Assembly (NCBI GenBank): GCA_041560295.1
Contig: JBFFBS010000001.1
Span: 1 to 57,117 of the forward strand
From: Syntrophobacteria bacterium
GTDB taxonomy: Bacteria > Desulfobacterota > Syntrophobacteria > BM002
Direction of reading: 5' to 3'
Length of the DNA stretch: 57,117 nt
In this document: in pieces, positions 1 through 9,258 of the stretch
Numbering within the stretch: position 1 is the stretch's first letter
Layout of the letters: every line of letters starts with the position of its first letter
Notes under the pieces: generated by a model
Seen by the model: only the letters and a program-made list of their open reading frames with translations
Databases searched by the model: none
Told to the model about the DNA's origin: nothing
Program-made: the position numbers and the translations under genes

Positions 1-306
1 AATTGGCAGCCTCAGGGCCGAGGCTATATAACAGATCTCCAACATGAGCGCTTGCCCTTGCGAGCTGGTGGCGGTGTAGGTTCTGGCTCCAGCCGCTGAG
101 GAGCCGCAGCACGTACTCATTGCCGAGTGCTCCGATTCCACCGGAATGAATTCCGCATCAAGATGACCGTCAGCCACAAGCTCAGACAAATGCTCGACAA
201 TGTGAGTCTGAGGCGTGATTGGATAAGCGGCAATCACATCCACATTGGCCAGCATCACCGCCTCACTCACGGCAAGCGAAACCTCAATGCCCACCCGTTT
301 AGCCAT
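1..306 (-). CDS. porA: Pyruvate:ferredoxin oxidoreductase alpha subunit, N-terminal fragment (runs off the window edge)
   Basis: Manual reverse-complement translation from the ATG at 306 gives [62 protein letters not shown]..., which contains the PorA signature AYPITPQT. It starts 2 nt after the porD stop. It is absent from the ORF track because there is no stop inside the window. Confidence 0.9.
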   Translation of the reverse strand, partial: MAKRVGIEVSLAVSEAVMLANVDVIAAYPITPQTHIVEHLSELVADGHLDAEFIPVESEHSAMSTCCGSSAAGARTYTATSSQGQALMLEICYIASALRLPI

Positions 307-308
307 AT

Positions 309-602
309 CTACTCACTCTCCTCCAGCATGCTGATCGCATCAGCTGGGCACTCGCGGGCACAGATCCCGCATCCCTTGCAATAAAAAAGGTTGGGCTGAT
401 AAAACCCCAGTTCATTCTGGGTATAGACCATATCAGGGCAGAAGATATAGCACTGCCCGCATTGGATACACTTTTCGTAATCGGTTTCTGGACGTTCTGA
501 GCGCCAGTCACCCGTTTTCAGTTCAGCAGAACTTCCGGGCTTCACAATGGCACATCCTAAGGCCAAATCTTTCCAGCTAACCATTCCCGTTTCTTTCGCC
601 AT
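309..602 (-). CDS. porD: Pyruvate:ferredoxin oxidoreductase delta subunit (2x[4Fe-4S] ferredoxin-like)
   Basis: 97 aa with two Cys clusters ([12 protein letters not shown] and [12 protein letters not shown]). It sits between the gamma and alpha subunits. Confidence 0.9.
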   Translation of the reverse strand: MAKETGMVSWKDLALGCAIVKPGSSAELKTGDWRSERPETDYEKCIQCGQCYIFCPDMVYTQNELGFYQPNLFYCKGCGICARECPADAISMLEESE

Positions 603-605
603 TGT

Positions 606-1154
606 TTACTCCTTCACCACGGTCTCTTCGTAAGCCCGCTGAAATGCCTGGATGTTCTTGCCGGCAATACGACCAAAGCGATCCTGTAGAGGCCCTTCTA
701 AGGCCGAAAGCGGCAACAAGTCAGTTGCCTTCAACATTGCGCCCAGCAGGGTAGTGTTGGTAATGGGGATCCCCATAGTCTCCATGGCTATTCGGCTTGC
801 ATCTACTAATGCCAATTTCGCACTGATTCCACTACGTTTTCGAACTTCTTCCGCACTCTTGGTAGTATTAAGCACCACTATCCCATTATCTTTCAACCCG
901 GCACCAACATTTACGATATCAAGGAGCGTTGGATCCAAAACCACCACAATATCGGGCTCGTAGATCTTCTCTCTTGTTCGGATTGGCTCGTCGCTTACCC
1001 GCACAAAAGCCATAACCGGCGCGCCCCTCCGTTCCGGCCCAAAGCTTGGAAAAGCCTGAGCGTACTTTCCTTGCTCAATGGCTGCCAGCGCAGTCAGTTC
1101 TGCTGAGGTCACCGCTCCCTGGCCACCTCGCCCGTGGAATCTGATCTCGATCAT
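606..1154 (-). CDS. porC: Pyruvate:ferredoxin oxidoreductase gamma subunit
   Basis: [25 protein letters not shown]... is a typical POR gamma N-terminus. The ATG at 1154 is preceded by GAGGTGGAG. The track ORF extends to a TTG at 1172. Confidence 0.9.
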
Positions 1155-1346
1155 GATGTGGCTCCACCTCAATAATAACCGGTAAAATCTCTTATGTGTA
1201 GGATCTTAGCGAAGGTCAGCGAAAGGCCTGGATTCACAAGTAGAGGAAACATGCAACATTTGTGCAACAACCTATCAATAACTCTAGAGGGCAAGTGAGT
1301 CAAGAAGTTTCCACCGTTAAAAGCAGTTCGCTCCGTTTTGCTGGCT

Positions 1347-1946
1347 TCAGCAAGATTCTCTTCGCCCCTCCATAGCTCGCTTCAAGGTGACGGCATCAGT
1401 GTACTTGAGATCTCCACCCATGGGAATTCCCCGGGCAATCTGGCTGACACTTACGCCCTGCTTCCGTAACAGTCCCGCTATGTAGGCGGTCGTGGCCTCC
1501 CCCTCGGCGCTCGGGTTAATTGCAAGTATAACCTCCTTAATCGACTCCGGCTGCAACCGTTGCAACAACTCTTTGATCCGCAGGTTTTCAGGACCAATTC
1601 CATCCAGCGGGGCCAACACCCCTTGGAGAACGTGGTATCTGCCTCTGAAGGCTCCCGCCTTTTCCAAAGCCAGAAGGTCTCCCACCTCCTCCACCACACA
1701 GAGACTCCCATCACGGCTAGGATCTCTGCAAATCTGGCAGGGATCATCATCTGTGAGATTGAAACACCGAGAGCAGAACCCTATGTCTTGCTTAACCTGG
1801 GAGATACTCGTAGCAAGGGACTCGGAGTATTCTCTCGAGGCGCGGAAGAGGTACAGGGCCAATCGTGCTGCTGTTTTTTGGCCAATTCCGGGGAGTTTGG
1901 ACAAGTTAGTGATCAGTCGCTCCAGCGAGGCTGGATAAATACTCAT
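1347..1946 (-). CDS. recR: Recombination protein RecR
   Basis: 199 aa with the HhH motif LPGIGQKTAARLA, a C4 zinc finger (CSRC...CQIC) and a Toprim region. It lies in the conserved dnaX-ybaB-recR order. Confidence 0.95.
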   Translation of the reverse strand: MSIYPASLERLITNLSKLPGIGQKTAARLALYLFRASREYSESLATSISQVKQDIGFCSRCFNLTDDDPCQICRDPSRDGSLCVVEEVGDLLALEKAGAFRGRYHVLQGVLAPLDGIGPENLRIKELLQRLQPESIKEVILAINPSAEGEATTAYIAGLLRKQGVSVSQIARGIPMGGDLKYTDAVTLKRAMEGRRESC

Positions 1947-1967
1947 AGCAAATCCTGCAGGTGAAAC

Positions 1968-2170
1968 GTCCGTTGTCCGTGGTGGCTCACTCCGTTCGCC
2001 GCAAAGCGCAGAGCGCAGAGCGTTTGGTAAACAGTAAACGGTAAACCGATTACTCGCTGGCTCCGCAACTGCTCACCGTTTACCGTTTACTGTTTTTTTC
2101 GCTTTGCGCTATGCTCTATGCGCTTTGTGTTATTCTTGCTACGGACCACTGACCAACTGACAACTGACAC
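1968..2170. repeat. Nested imperfect hairpin with heptamer-repeat arms (three tiers)
   Basis: Left arm: gtccgtt gtccgtg / gcaaagc gcagagc gcagagc / taaacag taaacgg taaacc. Right arm: ccgtttaccgtttactg ... gctttgcgctatgctctatgcgctttg ... acggaccactgaccaactgacaactgaca. The right arm is the imperfect reverse complement of the left. Confidence 0.8.
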
Positions 2171-2238
2171 CTTGTAAAAGAGAGAGGTTTTGATAAATAT
2201 CCAAATTGGTTCCAAAACTGACAAAGCGTCTGCGCCTG

Positions 2239-2571
2239 TCAGAATAATCCTGGCATTTTCATTCCTCCGGGGAGCTTCAGGCCGCCGGTGAGCTTACTCA
2301 TCTCTTCGGCCGCCATTTCCTGCGAGCGCTTCAATACATCATTTATTGCAGCTACAATCAAATCCTGCAGCATTTCTATATCATCGGGGTCAACCACCTC
2401 AGGTTCCAGGTCAATTGAAAGCAGTTCCTGACGCCCGTTGGCCTTGGCCACTACCATACCGCCGCCTACAGAAGACTCCACGATCTTATCCCCAAGTTCC
2501 TCCTGCATCTTGGCCATCTTTTCCTGCAAGACCCTGGCCTGTTTCATCATATCTCCCAAACCCTTTGCCAT
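2239..2571 (-). CDS. ybaB: Nucleoid-associated protein YbaB/EbfC
   Basis: MAKGLGDMMKQARVLQEKMAKMQEEL... is the classic YbaB family sequence. The ATG at 2571 is preceded by GAGGAGG. Confidence 0.93.
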   Translation of the reverse strand: MAKGLGDMMKQARVLQEKMAKMQEELGDKIVESSVGGGMVVAKANGRQELLSIDLEPEVVDPDDIEMLQDLIVAAINDVLKRSQEMAAEEMSKLTGGLKLPGGMKMPGLF

Positions 2572-2652
2572 ATAGAGCCTCCTCAATGTCAAGCTTTCAA
2601 ATGTACCACTAAAATATGTTTAGAGATCACGGCTTACGAAAGCATCGCCCAT

Positions 2653-2744
2653 GGAGTGTTGGAATGTTGGAGTATTGGAGTATTGTTAAGATCAAAAGAT
2701 CATAAAGATTTTTTGGGTACCACTACTCCATCACTCCTCCATCC
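2653..2744. repeat. Heptamer-arm hairpin (ggagtat family)
   Basis: Left arm ggagtgttggaatgttggagtattggagtattg; right arm ccactactccatcactcctccatcc. The same arm family recurs at 53970..54072. Confidence 0.75.
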
Positions 2745-2797
2745 TATTCTTGGCCTCTCCCACCTGCGCTTGTATAACTGCTTTCGGCTGTGTCTGT

Positions 2798-4456
2798 CTA
2801 TTTTCCTTTCTCTGGTCCAACCTTCACCTCTATTATTTCCCCGCCGAATATCTCCAAAGCTTCAGTCACTAATGGGTGTTTTAAGGCCTTCTGCTGCTGG
2901 ACCCTTTGGCGGTCCGTCTTCAGCCGCTGTTGCCGCCGGATTTCCTCACTGCCTACTGTAAGGGTGACTTTAACCCGCTCTCCAAAAATCTCCCGTGCCA
3001 ACCGGCTGAGTAAACTGAAACTCTCTCTCTCTTTGACCATTTCATAATCAAACTCATGGCCGTTGAAATCGAGCTCCAGACAGTCAGGTTGTGGCTCTCT
3101 GACACTCACCCGCTCGAGACTGGCAGCGAGCGCTGGCTTTTCCTGGCGCACTCTTTCAACAAAATCATCCCATCTGGCCGCAACAGGTTCAGCAACAGTT
3201 GTGGACTCAGCCGACTCTGCCTCTTCCGTGGGTGAATAATCAGAAGATACCTCCTGTTCACCTGGGTCCTCTGCACCTGGATAGATCACCGCGGCGGAAG
3301 GGGTGCCTCCAGAGATTCTCTGCTCCAGTTCATGCACCTGGGAAATAACGCTGTCAATATCCATAACGTGGGGAAGTTGAACCAACCGGAGAAGGCTCAT
3401 CTCCAAGACTAGCTTGGAGTTGCTGGATCTTCGGATCTCCTCTTCTCCTTTGAGAAGAAAGTGAAAGAATTGTTGGAGGGTAGCGCCACTGACGTTGGTG
3501 GCCTGTTCTTTTAATTCGGTCAGCTCAGCTTCGGTGAGATCAACAAGTTTCCCCGGCTCGTCGCTTACCTTTGCCACCAACAAATTGCGAAAGTGTGCAG
3601 CCAGTTCTTGACAGAAGCGCCTCAAATCGTGCCCGTGAAGGTAAAGCTGCTCAACGATCTCCAGGCAGCGAACCGCGTCGCCGTTGAGAATCGCCGCAGC
3701 AGTGTCAAGCAGGGCTTGGCGATCAATAACGCCGAGAACCTCCAGCAGGTCTTTGTCATCGATATTCTTCCCGGAGAAAGCAATCATCTGTTCGAGGAGG
3801 CTTTGCGCATCCCGCATGCTTCCTTCAGCCTCCTTCGCCAGCAAACGTAAACTTACATCACTGATCTCAATACCCTCTGCCTGGGTAATGTGCCGTAGGT
3901 GCTCAACTATGGCGTTCACAGCGATACGGCGAAACTCAAAAAACTGACAGCGGCTCATGATGGTGATAGGAATGCGATGGGATTCGGTGGTTGCAAAAAT
4001 GAAAATTACATGAGGTGGCGGCTCCTCCAGCGTTTTGAGCAGCGCATTGAACGCTTCTCCGGTGAGCATGTGCACTTCATCGATTATATAAATCTTGTAA
4101 GGGCTCTTGGCGGGTCGGTAGCGAATATTCTCCCGCAACTCTCGAATTTCGTTGATACCCCTGTTAGAGGCGCCGTCGATTTCCAGCACGTCCAGTGAGG
4201 CTGATCCAGTAATTTCCTCGCAAGACTCGCATTCATTGCAGGGAGTAGGGGAGGGACCTTGGGCGCAGTTCAGGGCCTTGGCCATAATCCGGGCCACAGA
4301 TGTCTTGCCGATCCCACGGGCCCCGCTCAGCAGGTATGCATGGGCAATTCTCTCAGCCGAGATAGCATTGGTCAGGCTTTGGACAACATGCGGCTGGCCA
4401 ACAACTTCTTCGAAGCTCTGGGGCCGCCATTTACGTGCCAATACAAGATAGGACAT
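2798..4456 (-). CDS. dnaX: DNA polymerase III subunit gamma/tau
   Basis: 552 aa starting MSYLVLARKWRPQSFEEVVGQ, with Walker A GARGIGKTS, a zinc module CNECESC, and the DEVHML box. Confidence 0.96.
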   Translation of the reverse strand: MSYLVLARKWRPQSFEEVVGQPHVVQSLTNAISAERIAHAYLLSGARGIGKTSVARIMAKALNCAQGPSPTPCNECESCEEITGSASLDVLEIDGASNRGINEIRELRENIRYRPAKSPYKIYIIDEVHMLTGEAFNALLKTLEEPPPHVIFIFATTESHRIPITIMSRCQFFEFRRIAVNAIVEHLRHITQAEGIEISDVSLRLLAKEAEGSMRDAQSLLEQMIAFSGKNIDDKDLLEVLGVIDRQALLDTAAAILNGDAVRCLEIVEQLYLHGHDLRRFCQELAAHFRNLLVAKVSDEPGKLVDLTEAELTELKEQATNVSGATLQQFFHFLLKGEEEIRRSSNSKLVLEMSLLRLVQLPHVMDIDSVISQVHELEQRISGGTPSAAVIYPGAEDPGEQEVSSDYSPTEEAESAESTTVAEPVAARWDDFVERVRQEKPALAASLERVSVREPQPDCLELDFNGHEFDYEMVKERESFSLLSRLAREIFGERVKVTLTVGSEEIRRQQRLKTDRQRVQQQKALKHPLVTEALEIFGGEIIEVKVGPEKGK

Positions 4457-4507
4457 AAGAAGGAAAATCCCTGAAAGACTTAGGTTAACCGCCGCAAAAA
4501 GTAGAGA

Positions 4508-4601
4508 TGGCGGAGAGAGTGGGATTCGAACCCACGGTTCCGGGGTAACCGGAACACACGATTTCCAATCGTGCCCCTTCGGCCAACTCGGGCATCTCTC
4601 C
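4508..4601 (-). tRNA. tRNA-Ser (anticodon GGA)
   Basis: The reverse complement is GGAGAGATGCCCGAGTTGGCCGAAGGGGCACGATTGGAAATCGTG...GGGTTCGAATCCCACTCTCTCCGCCA. It has a 7-bp acceptor stem, anticodon loop TTGGAAA, a long variable arm, a T-loop GTTCGAATC, and an encoded CCA. Confidence 0.93.
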
Positions 4602-4717
4602 GCATTCCAAACTTCCAGCTATCAGCTTTCAGTCTAATTTACTAGATATTACCTCAACCCTTCACGTTATCGTTTCTCTACTGTGAGCGAAACCTTGACC
4701 GCTGATAGCATAAAAAA

Positions 4718-4813
4718 TGGCGGAGAGGGTGGGATTCGAACCCACGTGCCCGGCTATTCACCGGACAAATCGATTTCGAGTCGACCCCGTTACGACCACT
4801 TCGGTACCTCTCC
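4718..4813 (-). tRNA. tRNA-Ser (anticodon CGA)
   Basis: The reverse complement is GGAGAGGTACCGAAGTGGTCGTAACGGGGTCGACTCGAAATCGAT...GGGTTCGAATCCCACCCTCTCCGCCA. It has anticodon loop CTCGAAA, a long variable arm, and an encoded CCA. Confidence 0.93.
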
Positions 4814-4875
4814 GCAGTAGCCAGGAGAAAAAATATGAATGATTTTATCAGAACTCCAAAGAGTTAGAAACCTCT

Positions 4876-5355
4876 TTAGCGCCTGGCTCGGAAAAAAGCC
4901 TGGAGTAGCACCTCGCTGGCCTCCGCCAATATGCCTCCATAAGCCTGCAACCGGTGGTTCAGTAGGCCATCCATGCCAATTTGATAGACAGATTCAATAC
5001 CGCCCCCCTTGGGATCCGTGGCCCCATAAACCACCATGGCTAAGCGAGCCTGGACCATTGCTCCAACACACATGACACACGGCTCCAGAGTTACGTAGAG
5101 AACGTGGCCCGGCAGACGGTAATTAGCTACGTGCTCTGCTGCTTGCCGGAGCACAAGAATCTCGGCATGGGCTGTGGGATCATTCAGGCTTATGGGGCGG
5201 TTGTGAGCCCGCGCAATAATGTCACCGTCAGGAGTAACCAGAAGCGCCCCCACCGGCACTTCGCCCTGGCGCGCACCCTCCTCCGCTTCTGCCAGGGCCT
5301 CCTGCATGTAGGTTTCATGGGGGTCCAGTCCATTTGAAAAAAAGCCGGTTGTCAT
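4876..5355 (-). CDS. tadA: tRNA adenosine(34) deaminase TadA
   Basis: Contains the CMP/dCMP deaminase zinc motifs HAEILVLR and LEPCVMCVGA. The likely start is the ATG at 5355 (MTTGFFSNG...). The longer track ORF reaches 5454 and runs into a hairpin arm. Confidence 0.9.
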   Translation of the reverse strand: MTTGFFSNGLDPHETYMQEALAEAEEGARQGEVPVGALLVTPDGDIIARAHNRPISLNDPTAHAEILVLRQAAEHVANYRLPGHVLYVTLEPCVMCVGAMVQARLAMVVYGATDPKGGGIESVYQIGMDGLLNHRLQAYGGILAEASEVLLQAFFRARR

Positions 5356-5386
5356 ATGAACCACCTGTCTGTCTGCGCGAATCCTG

Positions 5387-5877
5387 GATGTGAGATTTGA
5401 GATGTGGGATGTGAGACTAAAAGCTTTACAACCTATGGTCCCTCTCAACGGCACCTATAAATCGATTAATCTTTCCTCCTAGTTGATCATATCTAGGCAA
5501 AAAATCCTCCGTGCCTTCCTGAAAATCAGGATGGCAATCTCGCACATATTCCATCCACTCAATTGTTTCATTACAAGACGCATGAGAGAAAACCAAAAAC
5601 CGGATAAATTCCGCTTTATATCGTCTCCGACAATAACCTTCCACAATGTTGGCCGAAATGGATTTTGACGAACGCCGTAATTGACTCCCTGTTTCGTAGA
5701 GTTCATATCTTGGTAAGAGCAACGAAAAATGGTGGCACGCAACACCAAGTTCATGTGCAATTTGATAGATCTCTAAATCTTTGTAGCCGGTGCCCCTAAT
5801 CACTTTCATAATTCCCTCCTCCTAATCTAACTAATTTACACCTCACATCCCACATCACATATCCCACATCACAAATG
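5387..5877. other. IVS-like cassette: heptamer-repeat inverted arms enclosing a four-helix-bundle gene
   Basis: Left arm ggatgtgagatttgagatgtgggatgtgagac (5387-5418); right arm cacctcacatcccacatcacatatcccacatcac (5839-5872). The arms share an exact 15-nt complementary core, gatgtgggatgtgag. They bracket ORF 5426..5809. Confidence 0.75.
5426..5809 (-). CDS. Four-helix-bundle protein (23S rRNA intervening-sequence protein family)
   Basis: 127 aa. The motif pattern YKDLEIYQIAHEL...LRRSSKSISANIVEGYCRRRYKAEFIRFL..A.AS.NET..W is characteristic of this family (it also includes DGR Avd). Confidence 0.85.
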   Translation of the reverse strand: MKVIRGTGYKDLEIYQIAHELGVACHHFSLLLPRYELYETGSQLRRSSKSISANIVEGYCRRRYKAEFIRFLVFSHASCNETIEWMEYVRDCHPDFQEGTEDFLPRYDQLGGKINRFIGAVERDHRL

Positions 5878-5885
5878 CTGTACTG

Positions 5886-6620
5886 CTAATGACCTTGATC
5901 CCGGTCCTCGAGCCCACGCTGAATCTCGTTGACAACCATGAAAGCTGCCTCTACTGGGTCTGTAGCGGCCCGAATTGGTCGCCCCACCACGATGTAATCA
6001 GCACCGTTTCTAACTGCCTGATACGGAGTAACTATTCTCCTCTGATCGTCTTTTCTGACATCTCCCCATTCCGGCCGGATGCCGGGTGTGACTACCAGTA
6101 AATCATCGCCACATTCTTCTTTCACCGCCTGTACTTCGTGACCTGAACAGACTATCCCAGCACAGCCAGCCTCTTTCGCTATCCTTGCCCTGTGCACCAC
6201 GAGTTTGACAACCTCTTCTGCCAACTCAGGCTGAATTCCCAGGGCCGCCAACTGTCTCGCATCGAGACTGGTCAGCACGGTCACAGCCAGAACCTTGGTG
6301 TGCTCAGGAACCTCAGCCGCCACAGCTTCAAGAAGGCCAGGGTCGCAATGAACCGTTATAAAGTTGGCCCGGCGCAGGCAAGACCCGCTCCGAATAACCT
6401 GCTGAACCGTTGCCGGGATATCATGAAATTTTAGATCCAGAAAGATCCCAGCATCAGTCAGATCAGCAATGGTATCCACTATTGGTGGGCCCTCAGACAC
6501 AAAAAGCTCCAAGCCAATTTTGAACACCCCTACGTGCTCACCAAGCAGCGTAACATGCTTGCGGGCTTCTTGAGCGTCAGGCACATCCAGCGGAAATATC
6601 AACCGATCTTTGGCAATCAT
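5886..6620 (-). CDS. pyrF: Orotidine 5'-phosphate decarboxylase
   Basis: 244 aa with LIFPLDV...FKIGLELF...DLKFHDIP motifs typical of PyrF. Confidence 0.93.
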   Translation of the reverse strand: MIAKDRLIFPLDVPDAQEARKHVTLLGEHVGVFKIGLELFVSEGPPIVDTIADLTDAGIFLDLKFHDIPATVQQVIRSGSCLRRANFITVHCDPGLLEAVAAEVPEHTKVLAVTVLTSLDARQLAALGIQPELAEEVVKLVVHRARIAKEAGCAGIVCSGHEVQAVKEECGDDLLVVTPGIRPEWGDVRKDDQRRIVTPYQAVRNGADYIVVGRPIRAATDPVEAAFMVVNEIQRGLEDRDQGH

Positions 6621-6979
6621 CTACACCCCCAACCAAGAGTAATAATAATTGATGATCTCGTAATAAATCATTAATGAGACGGCACAGTAAAAAGCTCCAG
6701 GTGCAAGGCGCGCGAATCTTTGGGAATGAGGCGTACTTACAGGTACGCTGCAATGACTAAAGATGAAGCGCAACACAGCAGATGGACTTTTTACGAAGCC
6801 GTCAATCCTTTTCGACCACTCCAGCTTTACAATCACCTGGACTGATGGTCAAGTTAAAACAGCTTTCAGCATGCAGCGCCACCCTTGTTTTTGGAATATT
6901 GCATACCATGGCGAGAAGGGATACTATGCTGGGGTAGTGAACAGTCTCAATTTAATCTTAATACCCCGGAGGTGAGACG

Positions 6980-7573
6980 GTGGAGAATCTGAAGGGCATC
7001 AAAGATCGTTTGATGGAAATCATATTGGAGAAGTCTTTTCAATATTCGGAGGAGCCCATCTTCAAACTGGTCTCGGGTGGGGTGAGCAATTTCTACTTTA
7101 ACTGTAAGCCCACCATGCTCGACCCTGAGGGTAAAGAGCTCATTGGCCGCCTCATTTTCAGTACAATTCGAGATCTCGAGGTTGCTGGAATCGGCGGCCT
7201 GGAATTGGGCTCAGTCCCCATCTCAAGCGCGGTTTCTTTGATTTCTCAACTCGAGGGGCACCCCATTAAAGAATTCATTGTCCGCAAAGAGAAAAAAGAC
7301 CACGGCATTCCGGCAAAGGTGGAGGGAGAATTTGTTGCCGGGGAGAAAGTGGTGGTAGTTGATGATGTCATCACCACCGGAGGTTCCACCATCAAGGCTA
7401 TTGAGGCGGTACAGAAGCTGGGCCTCGAGGTTGCTAAAGTGGTTGTCCTGGTGGACCGGGAAGAAATGAACGGCAGGCAGAGCATTGAAAAACTCTGTCC
7501 GGAGGTGGAACCACTCATAAAACGGACGGAGGTCATGGCACTGTATAAGAAACGCATAGCGCATAGCGCATAG
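6980..7573 (+). CDS. pyrE: Orotate phosphoribosyltransferase
   Basis: 197 aa with a GTG start and the PRPP-binding loop VVVVDDVITTGGS. It is divergent from pyrF. Confidence 0.9.
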   Translation: MENLKGIKDRLMEIILEKSFQYSEEPIFKLVSGGVSNFYFNCKPTMLDPEGKELIGRLIFSTIRDLEVAGIGGLELGSVPISSAVSLISQLEGHPIKEFIVRKEKKDHGIPAKVEGEFVAGEKVVVVDDVITTGGSTIKAIEAVQKLGLEVAKVVVLVDREEMNGRQSIEKLCPEVEPLIKRTEVMALYKKRIAHSA

Positions 7574-7707
7574 CGTTGCACGAGAGAATCTATACCCTCC
7601 TGCTATCTTTAGATCAGCGATTCCATCATAAAGATACACTTATAATGAAGTTAATGGGTATCTCGCCTATGGTATTGGACCCATCGCTATGAGCTATGCG
7701 CTTTGCG
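7553..7707. repeat. Heptamer-arm inverted repeat spanning the convergent pyrE and MFS gene ends
   Basis: Left arm cgcatagcgcatagcgcatagcg (7553-7575); right arm cgctatgagctatgcgctttgcg (7685-7707). The arms overlap the last codons of both genes. Confidence 0.8.
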
Positions 7708-8859
7708 TTTCGCACTGAGCAGCAGCAGAATAACCGCCAGAATCTGAGCAAGTAACGAAAAAGCCACCAGAATGTAAAGATCACCGCTCCGTTGCCACAG
7801 CCAGGGCCCTAAAAGGGCACCTGCCATTCGACCAACTACCAATGCACTGAAATTGAATGCAAACCATTTCCCACGCTCTGCAGGAACCAATTCGGAGACG
7901 TAAGGAAAAATCGAGACTATGGTGAATTCAAACAGGTAAAACATAACAACGAGACCCATAAAGGCGAGAATGAGTGAGCTCTGGCAAAATGGCAGGGCCA
8001 GATAACTCAGCCCTGTAAGGATCAAACCAGCAAAAATTGCGCGTCTTTTGCCAAACCGATCAACCAAGAAAACAACGGTGAACTCACCGCCAAGTTCGGC
8101 AAGTCCCACCAGGATGGAATAGAGTCCCAGTGTCTGCACCTGGAGATTAAACTGGTTCTCCAGCCATGCTCCATAAACGATCACCATGTTTTCATTGGCG
8201 AAAACCATCAGGAGGGAAACCCCTAGAATTAAGACCGGCTTTGCGCCAACGCTGACCTCTTCCCCAGCACTCGAGACCACGTGCCTTGACGATTCTTTGT
8301 TATTAGGGTTTGACTGATTAACTTCCTGCAGACGTTTCGTACCGACGATTGCTAGCAAAGCGGCTCCGGAGATAAACACGAAGGGACTGTGCCAGCCAAA
8401 GTGAGCTATAAGCAAACCACTGAGTGGGATGCCTATCAGCCAGCTCCCCGCCCAGGATGACTCCAGGATGCCCAGAGCCCGTGCCCGTTTCGAGTATGGA
8501 ATGCGACTACTGGCAAAGGCTTGTACATTGGGGTCGTAGACGGGTTTTGATACGCCGATGAGTACAAAGCCAAGAAGGGCCAACGAAAAAGTCCGAGACA
8601 CAGATACGGTTAAACTCCCGAGAAAGAGGGCAGACAATCCAAATACCATACCCCAAGCGTACCCTTTTCGCTCCCCTAAAAGCCCCCAGAGCGCACCGGT
8701 CAGACCGACAAAATGCCGTGCCGCCACCAGGAGACCTGCCTGCTCGAAAGAGATTCCCAAACCTCTTGCGATTGCCGGCAGAAAAGGGTAGGTCACCCGG
8801 ACAGCCAGATTCAGAGTAACCCTGCTAAATAGAATTACGAACCATGTCCACTTTGACAT
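7687..8859 (-). CDS. MFS transporter
   Basis: 390 aa and highly hydrophobic, with about 12 predicted TM segments. It has the MFS loop motif GLLGERKG and a central hydrophilic loop. Confidence 0.85.
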   Translation of the reverse strand: MSKWTWFVILFSRVTLNLAVRVTYPFLPAIARGLGISFEQAGLLVAARHFVGLTGALWGLLGERKGYAWGMVFGLSALFLGSLTVSVSRTFSLALLGFVLIGVSKPVYDPNVQAFASSRIPYSKRARALGILESSWAGSWLIGIPLSGLLIAHFGWHSPFVFISGAALLAIVGTKRLQEVNQSNPNNKESSRHVVSSAGEEVSVGAKPVLILGVSLLMVFANENMVIVYGAWLENQFNLQVQTLGLYSILVGLAELGGEFTVVFLVDRFGKRRAIFAGLILTGLSYLALPFCQSSLILAFMGLVVMFYLFEFTIVSIFPYVSELVPAERGKWFAFNFSALVVGRMAGALLGPWLWQRSGDLYILVAFSLLAQILAVILLLLSAKRKAHSS

Positions 8860-8924
8860 GCGATCTCAGTCTCGCGATTTGATCGTAGGGTTAGAAACAG
8901 AGCCATTTGCAGTAAGAAATATGT

Positions 8925-8984
8925 AATATCCGAATATCGAAACCGGGAACCCGCCCGCAGGGTAGGACTCCGAAGGAGAATATC
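8925..8984. repeat. Fragment of the cgaaatccgaa element family carrying the conserved GC hairpin module
   Basis: aatatccgaatatcgaaaccgggaacccgcccgcagggtaggactccgaaggag matches modules at 17625..17672 and, in reverse complement, 43886..43930. Confidence 0.7.
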
Positions 8985-9105
8985 TTAAGGGTCAAAAGAT
9001 GGTAGCATACACGATTGTGACGAAATGGTGGTGGAAAAAACTTCGGGAAGAGATAAAATGGGAGCTCATGAGTGTCCATCCGAAAATCAGAGATTCCCGG
9101 ATGGA

Positions 9106-9185
9106 GCTGTCAGCACTCAGCTGTCAGCGGTCAGCCTAACCTTCTGTTTTCAAATGTATTTTGCTGAGAGCTGATCGCTGATGGC
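9106..9185. repeat. Heptamer-arm hairpin (ctgtcag family)
   Basis: Left arm gctgtcagcactcagctgtcagcggtcagcc; right arm gctgagagctgatcgctgatggc. Confidence 0.75.
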
Positions 9186-9258
9186 GCTTAGGCGAAAATC
9201 GTGGTCTTCGGCTGAGCACTAATTAGTACTACTCCAGAGAACGTCCAGGAGAGTTATC

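Noticed and set aside
2798-4456. Programmed -1 frameshift site in dnaX (gamma/tau)
   Set aside because: I saw no A-AAA-AAG-type slippery heptamer on the coding strand when reading through the gene. I cannot exclude other mechanisms without computation.
4602-4717. Possible SRP (4.5S/ffs) RNA in the tadA-dnaX region, suggested by the conserved tadA-scr-dnaX-ybaB-recR synteny known from Bacillus
   Set aside because: The spacers here are occupied by two tRNA-Ser genes. The remaining 116-nt gap shows no domain IV-like GGAAGGAAGCAGC core on either strand and has only a short 9-bp inverted repeat (gctatcagc / gctgatagc).
6621-6975. Small ORFs (71 aa minus, 70 aa plus) in the divergent pyrF-pyrE spacer
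   Set aside because: No ribosome-binding site or family match was seen. The plus ORF contains the string ggactttttacgaagccgtcaa (reads ...WTFYEAVN in another frame), which I recall as a short repeat that generates spurious tiny ORFs in related genomes. The region more plausibly holds the two divergent promoters.
8891-9079. 62-aa minus-strand ORF in the MFS/M20 divergent spacer
   Set aside because: It overlaps the repeat fragment with the GC hairpin module and has no start context or family resemblance.
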